The notes under the pieces were generated by a model. That model had not been told where the DNA came from. It searched no databases and saw only the letters and a list, made by a program, of their open reading frames with translations. DNA of 59,772 nucleotides from positions 1 through 59,772 of the IMG/VR virus record IMGVR_UViG_3300042319_001458, one strand, 5' to 3'. How positions within the stretch are numbered: position 1 is the stretch's first letter; every line of letters starts with the position of its first letter. This document shows, piece by piece, positions 27,976-38,299 of the stretch. This stretch comes from a virus (lineage: Duplodnaviria; Caudoviricetes). A program made the position numbers and the translations under genes.

Positions 27976-29565
27976 CTAATTAAATTTGATGATTACGATG
28001 CCAGAGCCTCCAGCAGCCCCTCTATCGGCATTTGCTGGAGGCGTTGGCGGCGAATATCCAGACGCAGCGCCTCCCCCACCGCCTGTATTAGGAGAGCCTG
28101 CCGTAGGATTTATAGCATAGGAGCCGCCAGAGCCTCCTACGCCAGAACCGCCGCTACCTACGGTTGTCCCGCTATAGGCAGCACCACCGCCGCCGCCTGC
28201 GTATGGGCTGCCACCATAAGGCGATCCAATTCCGCCATTTCCTCCATTCGCAGCAGTGCCGTTGCTACCCGTTCCACCTGCTCCACCACCGCCACCGCCA
28301 CCGTAAGTGGCACCAGAACCGCCATTATTACCTTGCCCAGAGGGAGACGCCTGCCCCGCAGTCCCTGTAAAATATCCAGAGTTTCCGCCTCCCGATCCAC
28401 CATTCGATCCGGTTCCTACAGAATTATATGATCCACCACCGCCGCCGCCAGTAGATGTAATTGTTGTAAAAGGAGCGGTTCCAGATAAAGTTGTAGTGGA
28501 CCCACTGCTGCCAGCAACGCCTGTCGTAGACCCGCCAGCGCCACCCGCGCCGATTGTAGCGGTTAATGTATTACCGGCAGTAACAGCAATGCTTGTTCCT
28601 GTTCTAAAACCACCAGCACCACCACCGCCGGAATAGTATTGACCGCCGCCACCACCGCCCCCTGCAACGCATAAATAATCAATTGATGTGCAGCCGGTTG
28701 GAATTGTTATTGTGGCAGTTGAGTTAAATGTGACCGATGTGGCTCTAGCTATTTTGTATGAGAGAATAACAATACCAGAACCGCCAGCGCCGCCAGCAGA
28801 TCCAGAGCCACCACCGCCTCCGCCACCGCCTGTGTTTGCGGTTCCCGCGTTACCACTTCCAGCACCTTGCCGACCATCAGCGCCACCGCCTTTATTGACA
28901 GTTGTAGGTGTGCCGCCGCCTAACCCATTTGTGCCGCCAGCATACCCGCCAGCGCCGCCACCACCGGAATAAGTTGTCCCGCTATATGGCGAAGAAGTTC
29001 CACCATTGCCGCCGTTATTACCAGAACCGACACCACCTACGCTTCCGGCACCACCACCGCCGCCGCCAGTATTGCCGCCAGGATTAGGTGCTCCAGCCCC
29101 TCCGGTATTGCCCTGGCCTGATGTTCCAGGTCCTCCAGCATACCCAAACTGAGCGCCACCGCCGCCTGATCCGCCAGATCCGCCCGTGTATGGAGAGACG
29201 TATCCGTTACCAAATCCGCCGCCTACAGCAGTAGTAACGCCTGGGAACGAGCTACTACTTCCTTGAACACCGTTTTGTTCACTTGCAGGACCTCCAGCGC
29301 CGCCGCCGCCAACGGTTACGGTATAAGAAGATCCTGCTGTAACCGCTAAATTTGAGCCGGTGATAAATCCACCTGCACCACCGCCGCCGCGTCCGCCGCC
29401 AGGCCCAGATGCACCACCACCGCCGCCACCGCCTGCAACAATTAAATAGCTATCAATCTGCGTAACAGCTGTAGGCGCGACCCAAGTTCCAGACGCAAGG
29501 AAATTTTCAACAATAGTATATCTTGCTGCCCCACTCGCCAGAAGCAGATTGAGAACGCCGCTCAT
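27976..29565 (-). CDS. Glycine-rich domain fibre/adhesin protein (two repeats), paralogue 1
   Basis: Two YL(I/C)VAGGGGGG...GGSGIVI units; ends IIKFN like its paralogues. Confidence 0.85.
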   Translation of the reverse strand: MSGVLNLLLASGAARYTIVENFLASGTWVAPTAVTQIDSYLIVAGGGGGGGASGPGGGRGGGGAGGFITGSNLAVTAGSSYTVTVGGGGAGGPASEQNGVQGSSSSFPGVTTAVGGGFGNGYVSPYTGGSGGSGGGGAQFGYAGGPGTSGQGNTGGAGAPNPGGNTGGGGGGAGSVGGVGSGNNGGNGGTSSPYSGTTYSGGGGAGGYAGGTNGLGGGTPTTVNKGGGADGRQGAGSGNAGTANTGGGGGGGGSGSAGGAGGSGIVILSYKIARATSVTFNSTATITIPTGCTSIDYLCVAGGGGGGGQYYSGGGGAGGFRTGTSIAVTAGNTLTATIGAGGAGGSTTGVAGSSGSTTTLSGTAPFTTITSTGGGGGGSYNSVGTGSNGGSGGGNSGYFTGTAGQASPSGQGNNGGSGATYGGGGGGGAGGTGSNGTAANGGNGGIGSPYGGSPYAGGGGGAAYSGTTVGSGGSGVGGSGGSYAINPTAGSPNTGGGGGAASGYSPPTPPANADRGAAGGSGIVIIKFN

Positions 29566-30268
29566 TAGGTCAATCCCGAACCGCTAATCAGCCATGTCGT
29601 TGAGGTCATCTTAATGGCAGTCGCTATGCCATATTGTGCAAGTGTGCGCGATCCAGTTGTTCCGGTTCCTGCAAGATACATTGTGTCTGTCGTTATGGCG
29701 ATTGTGCAGCTACCAGCATTCATATTAATAAACGTCAATACCGTTCCAATTGGGAAAGCAACGCTACTGCCGCCTGAGTTTGCAGGTATCGTAAATGTGC
29801 CAGCAGATGATGCATAGATATGCTTGCCGCTATCAGAAAGAACAACCGTATAACCAGCTGCTTGCGAGTTTTGCGGAACTTCCAAGTAGCCAACATTGAC
29901 GTTAACGCCAGGATTCGTCAGCGTATAGGTATATGAACCAGCAGCAGCGGCAGTCTGCAAAACAGCCGTGCCGCTTGTCGCGCCAGAAAGCGTTAATGTG
30001 CCAGCTGTCGTTCCAGCAATACCTAATGTTGGCGTAGCAGTTGCGCTAATTGTGTTTGCAGTTGCAGCAGCTAAAACAGTTCCAGCAGCAGCGGTTGTTG
30101 GGAAGACAGCAGTAGTCCAAGAGCCAATGCCAGCAGTCGTCGAAGAAAGAAGAGCGCCATTTGTTGCTGGCGCAGCCGATGGCCACTGAAAAGTGTAAGA
30201 CGTAACCGTTGCAGCAACAGTTAAGTTCACATAGCCAGATGTCGAGCCATTGAGCGTAATAGTAGCCA

Positions 30269-30269
<1 letters not shown>
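29565..30269 (-). CDS. Tail fibre shaft/adaptor protein
   Basis: PQNSQ..YT.VLSD.GKHI...FPIGT...RTLAQYG.AT..K...T.W.ISG.GLT. Confidence 0.78.
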
Positions 30270-31660
<1,391 letters not shown>

Positions 31661-32407
31661 TTATAGCGGCCCCGTCTGCGGTATCTGATCGGTATCGTAT
31701 GGAAGGCCGACATTCGTCGTTACCATCTTAGTCGTTCCGGTCAGTAAAGATCCCGCCGATAATACAGGATTTAACTGGTATGTGAAAGATGTCGCTGTCG
31801 TAACGGTGACAGTATAAAAGCCATTTGCTGTCGCCGTTGATAAGCCTTCAACTGAGATCTGATCTCCAGTCGAAAGACCATGAGCAGAAGAACAAGTAAC
31901 GGTCGCGATACCTGCGCCGTCGGAAGTAACAGAAACGAGCGGCAATGTTACATAATATGCAGTTGTTCCTTGAAGCGGCATGACTGCATTTTGATCAAGA
32001 CCTGGCTGCTGGCTGCGATCGGCTCTTGTCCCGCCAACTTGTTGTGTCACGCGCGTATTATTATTTTGCGTAATACGCGTATCGCCTCCAGGGACAGGTA
32101 TACCCGTCTGCGTATTGGTCGTATTGCCTTGAGTAAGGCGATAATCGGATTCTGCAGTATTATAATCTTGGATACGCGGATTCATGATTGGCACAGGATC
32201 AGCCGGCAAGACAATAGCGCGCAGCTGCTGCTGTGGAACATCGTTGCATGTTTCGCAAACAAGAATGCGTTTATTAATTAAAGACGCACCGGCCCAATCA
32301 AACTGCCAAGACAGCCGATCGTGGTTCATTAGGAACCCACACCGATCACAAATGGCAAAGGCTCTTGGATTTCTCGAACTTACTCTAGCGCGCCCATGAG
32401 GCCTCAT
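31661..32407 (-). CDS. Virion morphogenesis protein with CxxC...CxxC motif
   Basis: AICDRCGF...LVCETCND.PQ.QL; T-rich C-terminal domain. Confidence 0.7.
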   Translation of the reverse strand: MRPHGRARVSSRNPRAFAICDRCGFLMNHDRLSWQFDWAGASLINKRILVCETCNDVPQQQLRAIVLPADPVPIMNPRIQDYNTAESDYRLTQGNTTNTQTGIPVPGGDTRITQNNNTRVTQQVGGTRADRSQQPGLDQNAVMPLQGTTAYYVTLPLVSVTSDGAGIATVTCSSAHGLSTGDQISVEGLSTATANGFYTVTVTTATSFTYQLNPVLSAGSLLTGTTKMVTTNVGLPYDTDQIPQTGPL

Positions 32408-33084
32408 CGCCAATATCCACTAAGCTGAGGCGAGATATATTGTTGGGCCGTCTCTATATTCTGTGAAGCAGCAATTTGATACGATTCATCAGCCATCGGC
32501 TTCATGATGGCGACTTTTTCCGGGGCCCAAATAAGAGCAAGCCTTTCAGCAAGACCATAAGCCATGGCCTCCAGCCATATTGGCGGGATATCGACTTCTT
32601 GCGTGCCATTCATATTGGCGTCCTGAAGACGATCAACCTTATAATATTTTAAACTGGTTTGCGTTCCATCTGGCGTCGGCCAGATTGTTACAGTTGGAGA
32701 GAGCAAGCGATCAAACCAGAAAACTGTAGGGAAGCCTTGCTGCGTTTTATTTGGATATGACGCATATTCTGTGCGGCTGATCGGCAGAATTATTCGATCG
32801 ATCGGCGGCGTGCCATACTCGATATAAGCGTCAAGCATCACAACAGTGCTTGCATCAACGCTATATGTCGCCGTGCCAGCAACAAGCGGCACCGTTACAA
32901 GCGACACTTGCCAAAGATTTACGCCTTGGTTGCTCCAACGCGTAAACATCATATTCGTCGCCAGTCGCGCCGAATCCATATGCTCTTGAAGCAATGCCGT
33001 TGGCCGCACACCAATCAGCTGATACGCGTAAATCGTTAGCTCACCCAGGCCAGGATTAAACGTGTAAGTGCCGCTGGTCGCCAT
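32404..33084 (-). CDS. Head-tail connector/adaptor protein
   Basis: MATSGT..F...W.N.GVNLW...ISR.EY..YPNK..QG.P...WPTPD. Confidence 0.75.
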   Translation of the reverse strand: MATSGTYTFNPGLGELTIYAYQLIGVRPTALLQEHMDSARLATNMMFTRWSNQGVNLWQVSLVTVPLVAGTATYSVDASTVVMLDAYIEYGTPPIDRIILPISRTEYASYPNKTQQGFPTVFWFDRLLSPTVTIWPTPDGTQTSLKYYKVDRLQDANMNGTQEVDIPPIWLEAMAYGLAERLALIWAPEKVAIMKPMADESYQIAASQNIETAQQYISPQLSGYWR

Positions 33085-33094
33085 TTACGCATCC

Positions 33095-33583
33095 TTAGCT
33101 AATTTGCCAAACAGCAACAACAATTGAAGGGCAAGCAGGTTGAGCCGGAGAAACAGAAGGAACAGCAGCCTGCGCAGGGGTTGCAAGAATTTCTGCGGTA
33201 TTATCTTGACCGGCCATCCACATTTCAAAATAATCGCCAGCGGTTGTGCAGCTAACGATAAATGTCGCAACTACGGTCGTTGGCGCATCTTTTGACGTCC
33301 CAACTCTTGTGCTCGTATTTGCTTCATCAATGTTATTTTTTCTGATCCAGAGATTTAGCCACTTAGCACTAGCTGAACCAGAGTTATGGCCAATGGCAGA
33401 GAACGTAAAGCAATAATTCCCAACTTGCGGGAGCGTAATTTTTGTATTGTCGGCAAGAAAAATGCCGCTTGCGTCCAGCGTCGTATTGTATGTGACCGCC
33501 TGAGCATTGGCGGCATTGGCAATTGTCTGCGTTGCAGAACTTGAAAAAGTAGCATGCGGGCCCGGAGGCGTATGATACGACAT
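33095..33583 (-). CDS. Virion protein (C1q/BclA-C-like beta sandwich)
   Basis: GNY.FTFS...WIRKN..D..N....AGDYFE.W...PS. Confidence 0.6.
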   Translation of the reverse strand: MSYHTPPGPHATFSSSATQTIANAANAQAVTYNTTLDASGIFLADNTKITLPQVGNYCFTFSAIGHNSGSASAKWLNLWIRKNNIDEANTSTRVGTSKDAPTTVVATFIVSCTTAGDYFEMWMAGQDNTAEILATPAQAAVPSVSPAQPACPSIVVAVWQIS

Positions 33584-33900
33584 TATATAACAATCCAGTT
33601 CGCGTTATCAGAGACAAGATAATATGACTCGTATTGAACGGCCATAATCTTTGTCGCCTGACCATCAATTGTCTCGGAATTGTAACCGTCAATTGTGATG
33701 ATGCCAGTTCCGCTATTCTTGATAATGAAATATTGCCCTTCTTTGCCTACAGCAGTTGGCATTGTGACGGTAAACGTATTCGCCGTGCAATTAACGACGC
33801 AATCCGTATTTTGAACGCCATATGTCGCCGACACCCCCGTGTAGGGAATAGTCGTCGAAGCGATAGCAGCAGTCTCAGGTGTCCAAGCAGGTCCACTCAT
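33583..33900 (-). CDS. Virion structural protein
   Basis: TVTMPTAVG..G..F.IKN.GTG.ITI....ETIDG...SD..NW. Confidence 0.7.
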   Translation of the reverse strand: MSGPAWTPETAAIASTTIPYTGVSATYGVQNTDCVVNCTANTFTVTMPTAVGKEGQYFIIKNSGTGIITIDGYNSETIDGQATKIMAVQYESYYLVSDNANWIVI

Positions 33901-34553
33901 TTGTTTACCACGTTAAACTGAGCAAATGTAGCCGCGACAGAACCAGAACCGCTATTCAGCAAAATTCTAGCAAATGTCGGCGTAAACTGAAAATTGGTGA
34001 ATACGTCTGCCACCGCCGTAACCGCGTCTGTGTCATTCGTGTTCAGCCATGAAACATTGCCAACAGCCACTGGATTTGTCGGGCTGTTAGGATCATCCAT
34101 TGTAACCTGAACCGTATAATTCGCTGTTCCAGAAACATTGCATTGAATTGCGGTATTGCTATCTGCCCAACTATCAAGGCGAACCCAGCGAGATCCAGCA
34201 ACGCCGTTTGTTCCAACCGTCACACCACTGACGCTTGTTGCGCCACTAACCGCGACACGCGTAACAGTTGCAAAATCCAATGTCGTCGCGACTGAACTGC
34301 CGCTCGTTCCTTGAACCGTTTCTGAAATCGTCTGTCCGCCGATCCATGTTCCGTAGACAGTAAATGTAAGTGCGCTGTCATTGCCGACGTTGGTGATTAA
34401 AACCTGGCGCGGCTCATCAAGCGTAGCAACACCGCTAGTAACCAGCGATCCGTTAAGAGTTAAATCTGCAGCGCCAGCAGTCGTCTGGCTTAATGCAATA
34501 TTATTTGCCGAAGCCGCTGCAAGTGGGCCGACAGTAACGGTAATTGGCTGCAT
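33897..34553 (-). CDS. Virion structural protein
   Basis: T/A/V-rich beta protein in the head-completion block. Confidence 0.7.
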   Translation of the reverse strand: MQPITVTVGPLAAASANNIALSQTTAGAADLTLNGSLVTSGVATLDEPRQVLITNVGNDSALTFTVYGTWIGGQTISETVQGTSGSSVATTLDFATVTRVAVSGATSVSGVTVGTNGVAGSRWVRLDSWADSNTAIQCNVSGTANYTVQVTMDDPNSPTNPVAVGNVSWLNTNDTDAVTAVADVFTNFQFTPTFARILLNSGSGSVAATFAQFNVVNK

Positions 34554-34726
34554 CAGCGTTTTCCTTTTGTATGGCCGGCACGAGCAGCAGCCACGTTATC
34601 TACTAAATTCGGATAAGGGCGGCCTGCAGCTCGCGCCTTAGCTTTTGCTATCTTAACACCTTTTGCGCTTAAAGCCTTGCTCTTTGCGTCTTTTGGTGCA
34701 TCTTTTTCCCAAAACGGCTTGCTCAT
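34553..34726 (-). CDS. Small basic protein
   Basis: MSKPFWEK...AKAKARAAGRPYPNLVDN. Confidence 0.7.
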   Translation of the reverse strand: MSKPFWEKDAPKDAKSKALSAKGVKIAKAKARAAGRPYPNLVDNVAAARAGHTKGKR

Positions 34727-34995
34727 TAGCAGTCCCACTTGCGCAATGATTTATTGATTCGACTGTTTGGATCTGCAGCTTTTGCAGAACCAGTTAATTT
34801 CTTTTTCATGCCCGTCATGCGAGCGCAAAATGAAGAGCGGCGACCTGCTGCTTTATCGCTTGTAGCAGCCTGCTCTTTAGAAACTGGAGGTTTTAAATTA
34901 TGGCCTTCACGCTTTGCAGAAGCGCGCCCCTTGGCGTTTAAACCGCCTTCAGGATTCTTTCCTTCTTTGCGCGTCCAAGCAGGGCTTTTAGCCAT
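34726..34995 (-). CDS. Small basic conserved phage protein
   Basis: AWTRKEGKNPEGGLNAKGRAS...RRSSFCARM.GM...DPNSRINKSLRKWDC; GGAG SD. Confidence 0.8.
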   Translation of the reverse strand: MAKSPAWTRKEGKNPEGGLNAKGRASAKREGHNLKPPVSKEQAATSDKAAGRRSSFCARMTGMKKKLTGSAKAADPNSRINKSLRKWDC

Positions 34996-35007
34996 CTCTG
35001 TCTCCAA

Positions 35008-35032
35008 GAAAGAAGCGGGGCTTGCGCCCCGC
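35008..35032 (-). terminator. Rho-independent terminator
   Basis: GCGGGGC-GCAA-GCCCCGC followed by TTCTTTC on the minus strand. Confidence 0.65.
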
Positions 35033-35040
35033 CGCTTGTA

Positions 35041-35274
35041 TCAATAATGCGAAGCTTTTCCGCGAGGCGTGCCAGCTTTAGCTGACGAAAACACACCGCC
35101 GCCAGAAGCGCGAGCAGGCTTCTTGCCTTTAGCAGCTTCAGAGAAAAGAGCTTTGCCGCCCTTCTTCATGCAGCCGCCCATAGCCTTTTCAGCTTTGCCG
35201 CCCTTTTTGAAGGACTCTTCGCGCTTTTCAGCATCTTTAATGGTTGTAGCAGGACCTTTGTAAGCACCCATCAT
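35041..35274 (-). CDS. Small Lys-rich protein with xKxGG motifs
   Basis: FKKGG, MKKGG, RASGG; GGAGG SD. Confidence 0.75.
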   Translation of the reverse strand: MMGAYKGPATTIKDAEKREESFKKGGKAEKAMGGCMKKGGKALFSEAAKGKKPARASGGGVFSSAKAGTPRGKASHY

Positions 35275-35283
35275 AGCCTCCTA

Positions 35284-35751
35284 TTACGGCGTTAGGTTGA
35301 TAGCTTGAACGTATTCAACGGTCAGAATAGCAGCGCCAGTCGTTACCGAAATAGCGTTAGCTGCCTTGACGTAGATGATGACGTCGTCTGCGCCAACATC
35401 AACCCAATTTGCAGTTCTCGTTGCGTCAGTTCCCGGCGAAGCGGCAAAAAGACCAACAGCACTGAGAAGGAAATTGGCAGAAGCAACGAGCTCAGTAGAC
35501 GTTGCAGACGTTCCAACATTCAAACCAGCAGACGCGCCACTAAATGCTACTGAAACAAGCGCCGTGATTGAGGTAATCTGGCTACCAGCTGGGATGCAAA
35601 TAGTAGTTGCAGCAGCAGTTGCAGACTGTGTGATAGCAACAGACTGCGCCATTTTTACATATCCAACATTCTTAACAGAACCAGCCGTTGAGCCAGTCGT
35701 GTCTAAAACGTCGCCGGCCTGTATAGGGCCGGTAAAAGTTGTAGTTCCCAT
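35284..35751 (-). CDS. Putative capsid decoration/cement protein
   Basis: MGTTTFTGPI...IPAGSQI...VG......G...LTVEYVQ; downstream of the major capsid gene. Confidence 0.7.
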   Translation of the reverse strand: MGTTTFTGPIQAGDVLDTTGSTAGSVKNVGYVKMAQSVAITQSATAAATTICIPAGSQITSITALVSVAFSGASAGLNVGTSATSTELVASANFLLSAVGLFAASPGTDATRTANWVDVGADDVIIYVKAANAISVTTGAAILTVEYVQAINLTP

Positions 35752-35830
35752 ATAATCCTCCTGCACAAGGTTTCGTCACGTCGTCTGTGCAGCGTCCGCT
35801 TGGTCGGTCGACGTAACTGATGTTCCAAGG
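35752..35830 (-). ncRNA. Candidate multi-pseudoknot structured RNA in the decoration-gene leader
   Basis: Four interleaved complementary pairs in about 70 nt, ending at the GGAGG SD (see findings). Confidence 0.55.
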
Positions 35831-36480
35831 CTTCTATTGCCAGAATGCTTTCTGATGTAGTCCGCACCCGCCAATAAAACTTCTACATTATCCTTTGCCT
35901 GTCCCAACATGCTATTACAAGAATAGCACAATAGTTCACGCACGGCACCTGTTTCATGACAATGGTCTACTGCTAGATCTTTTTTAGTTCCGCGATAATC
36001 CATTGTAGTCTCAGGCTGATGGCAAATAGCGCATTTACCATCTTGCTTGCGATACATTTCGGCGTAATCACCAATTGAAATGCCATAATAGCGCATCAAT
36101 CCGTAATGACGCCGTTGGTCCTTACTCATTTTATAGCCGATAGAACCATCTTCTTTCAAAACTCTTTCGGCTTTATGATCAGCCATCTTCAAGTTAGAAA
36201 TCTTAAGATTTTTCGTATCGTTATCTATAAAGAACACAGATCTATCTGGCCATTTGCCGTAATAAAGAAGCCATGCCGCCTGAGCTCCGGATATTTTTCT
36301 TCCACGATATGTGATGGAATAATAATCCTTGCCATTTTGCATTCGCTGCCAAACGCCGGCGCGTTGACCAACTTGAGCCCTGGAACTTGTTGACACTTTC
36401 CAGGTAAAAGAACCTGTTTCAGCATCATAATCCAGAACCTCTGATAGACACTCAAATGTCAGATCAACATTTTTTACCAT
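35776..36480 (-). mobile_element. Free-standing homing-type endonuclease: degenerate HNH domain fused to an endonuclease VII domain
   Basis: C-terminal YGIS..DY..M...Q.GKCAIC...LAVDHCH.TG.VR.LLC..CN..LG; N-terminal YD.ETG.F.W...AWL.YYG.WP...I.NL; AT-rich, own promoter. Confidence 0.85.
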
Positions 36481-36514
36481 TGCAAAATCCCCTTCTCTTT
36501 TATTAGAGTTAGAG

Positions 36515-36560
36515 ATTATACTTTAGATAAATATAATGTCAATCTGACATTTATATTTAT
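36515..36560 (-). promoter_or_regulatory. Consensus sigma70 promoter of the endonuclease, overlapping a palindrome
   Basis: TTGACA (36542-36537), 16-nt spacer, TATAAT (36520-36515); inverted repeat ATAAATATAATGTCA/TGACATTTATATTTAT. Confidence 0.75.
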
Positions 36561-36602
36561 AACTCGCTGCCTTCTTGTTCAGATACAGCGAGTTATTTTA
36601 TA

Positions 36603-37514
36603 TTAGGTTGGGAAAGAGCCAAATATTGAACGCCAATTGTAATAGCCAAAACTATAACGTTCATAGCCCTTCACCAAAAGATTGTCAGTTACGAAATCGA
36701 CTTGCATGTCAGTTTCGAACTTTACGCGCTCCATGTAGCTCAAGCCATCGATGTTCGTTAGCAAGAACCAAGCAGATGCAGACGTCAAGAAGTCGTTGAC
36801 CATGTAGCCTTCAGGCAAGCCGCCTGCAGTCATCATGATCGCGTTAACGTCATTGTCTGCCGTGCCAGGACGCAGTTCCGTCTTCGTCAGACGAATTGCG
36901 GTTGGCTCGAGAGCTGGCGGAACAACAAGACGACGACCGCGAGCAAATACTTTAAGACCAGCTTGGTCTTTAAAGTTTGTTCTGATCGAAATCATTGCGT
37001 TAAGCAGCGTGCTCTCATTGAGGTCCACATCAACTGCAGGACGGTTTGCAACCGTGCCGCCATCGATCGGATGGTTTGTTGCAATAAGAGAAACGCCGTC
37101 ACCGCCGACAGAAGCATTATACGTCGTTGCCGTGTTGAGCACGTTAGCGCCGTAGATTTCTTTCGTCTGCTGGAACGATTCAATGAGGCCGAGGTTCGAC
37201 GGCATAAACTGTGACTTATACAGGTTATCGTCGATGGCTTTACGCGTGATCGAATAGCCGAGAGCAATTTCAGTATGCTCTTGGTTATAGACGTAGCGTT
37301 CGCCTGCGGCGTTATCAAACGACGTTTGAGCGCCTTCGGTCTTTAACTGAGCAAGACCCAAGAAACGCATTTCCGCAGTGCGCTCGAGCGCCATTTTGGA
37401 ATCGTGTTTCGTGAAGATCTTGTCGTATTGAGATGGGATCATCTCATACTTGCCTTCAATCCCGCGGAGACCGGGGAGGAGAAGGTCTTTGATGGCAGAG
37501 AGATTAACAGCCAT
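36603..37514 (-). CDS. Major capsid protein
   Basis: 303 aa; LLPGL...K.EG....D...Y.HTEIALGYSIT.KAI.DNLY...D.D..T.NL..K..ERYSFG..NWR; biased codon use; downstream of the scaffold. Confidence 0.9.
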   Translation of the reverse strand: MAVNLSAIKDLLLPGLRGIEGKYEMIPSQYDKIFTKHDSKMALERTAEMRFLGLAQLKTEGAQTSFDNAAGERYVYNQEHTEIALGYSITRKAIDDNLYKSQFMPSNLGLIESFQQTKEIYGANVLNTATTYNASVGGDGVSLIATNHPIDGGTVANRPAVDVDLNESTLLNAMISIRTNFKDQAGLKVFARGRRLVVPPALEPTAIRLTKTELRPGTADNDVNAIMMTAGGLPEGYMVNDFLTSASAWFLLTNIDGLSYMERVKFETDMQVDFVTDNLLVKGYERYSFGYYNWRSIFGSFPT

Positions 37515-37527
37515 TGGTCCTTACTCC

Positions 37528-38112
37528 TTAGATTGTGACAAGCGTCTTGGTTGAGACGTTCAAGAATCCAACCACAACGTAGTTGGCGTTCGAGGCCGTA
37601 TCAGTGCCATTCGAGCCTGGTGGATCAGTGACAAGACTGATGACGCGGAATGGAGCCGTCGAAGACGTTCCAAGCGTTTCAACATACATGCCAGAGATGC
37701 CGGATGAAGTATTGCCGCTTGAACCGCCAGCGAGCGAGATCGAAGCGCCAACGCCAGCTTGCGTCACATTCGTGGTGCTGCCAGCTTGGACAAGGAAACG
37801 AGCGTTTGGATCGTTTACGACGTAGGCATAGACAACGCCATTGTTGTCTGAACCTGGCCAATAGTTCGACCAAACAGTGCGCTTCTGGGCGACTGAAAGA
37901 TATTTGCAGCCCTGAAAAACACCAGCAAGCTGCGTCGTCGGCGCGTCACCCGCGCGTGTGATCGTGCCGTTGGCGTCCTGGAGGACGGCATCACCGTAGA
38001 AAATAGGCGTCGTATAGTTGGACGCAATCTGCATTTCGACCTGTTCGTAGGTCGGGGCAGAACCGTTCCCGCTATATTGACGAAAACCGAAAGGCGCAAA
38101 CGTATTCGCCAT
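37528..38112 (-). CDS. Capsid-associated protein upstream of the major capsid gene
   Basis: MAN..APFGFR...IFYGD.V...GVF.GC.Y...V..DP...F.VQ. Confidence 0.75.
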   Translation of the reverse strand: MANTFAPFGFRQYSGNGSAPTYEQVEMQIASNYTTPIFYGDAVLQDANGTITRAGDAPTTQLAGVFQGCKYLSVAQKRTVWSNYWPGSDNNGVVYAYVVNDPNARFLVQAGSTTNVTQAGVGASISLAGGSSGNTSSGISGMYVETLGTSSTAPFRVISLVTDPPGSNGTDTASNANYVVVGFLNVSTKTLVTI

Positions 38113-38205
38113 GACGGGTTCTCCTTATATAGGAGGCTCATCATCGCGCGCCGGGGCGAATTTAGAACCGGAAGATTGTTAATGCTCCACGCCGGGGGAG
38201 CTCAG
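38113..38205 (-). promoter_or_regulatory. Structured leader of the capsid operon
   Basis: Two hairpins with the same CCCGGCG(T/C) loop, and an SD-sequestering hairpin CTCCT-ATATA-AGGAG. Confidence 0.6.
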
Positions 38206-38243
38206 GCTATTAAAGCTTGCGCCTATTATCTATAAACAACAGC

Positions 38244-38275
38244 AAAAAGTAAAGGGGCCGGCGAACCGACCCCTT
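38244..38275 (-). terminator. Rho-independent terminator
   Basis: AAGGGGTCGG-TTCG-CCGGCCCCTT followed by TACTTTTT. Confidence 0.75.
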
Positions 38276-38299
38276 AAAACACATTTATTTATAGAGAAA

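Noticed and set aside
22222-29565. Diversity-generating retroelement acting on the fibre genes
   Set aside because: No reverse transcriptase, and no template/variable repeat pair differing only at adenines was seen.
35752-36602. Group I intron or IscB/HEARO-type RNA-guided system
   Set aside because: The flanking genes are intact and uninterrupted, no intron core was recognised, and the protein has no RuvC or PLMP motifs.
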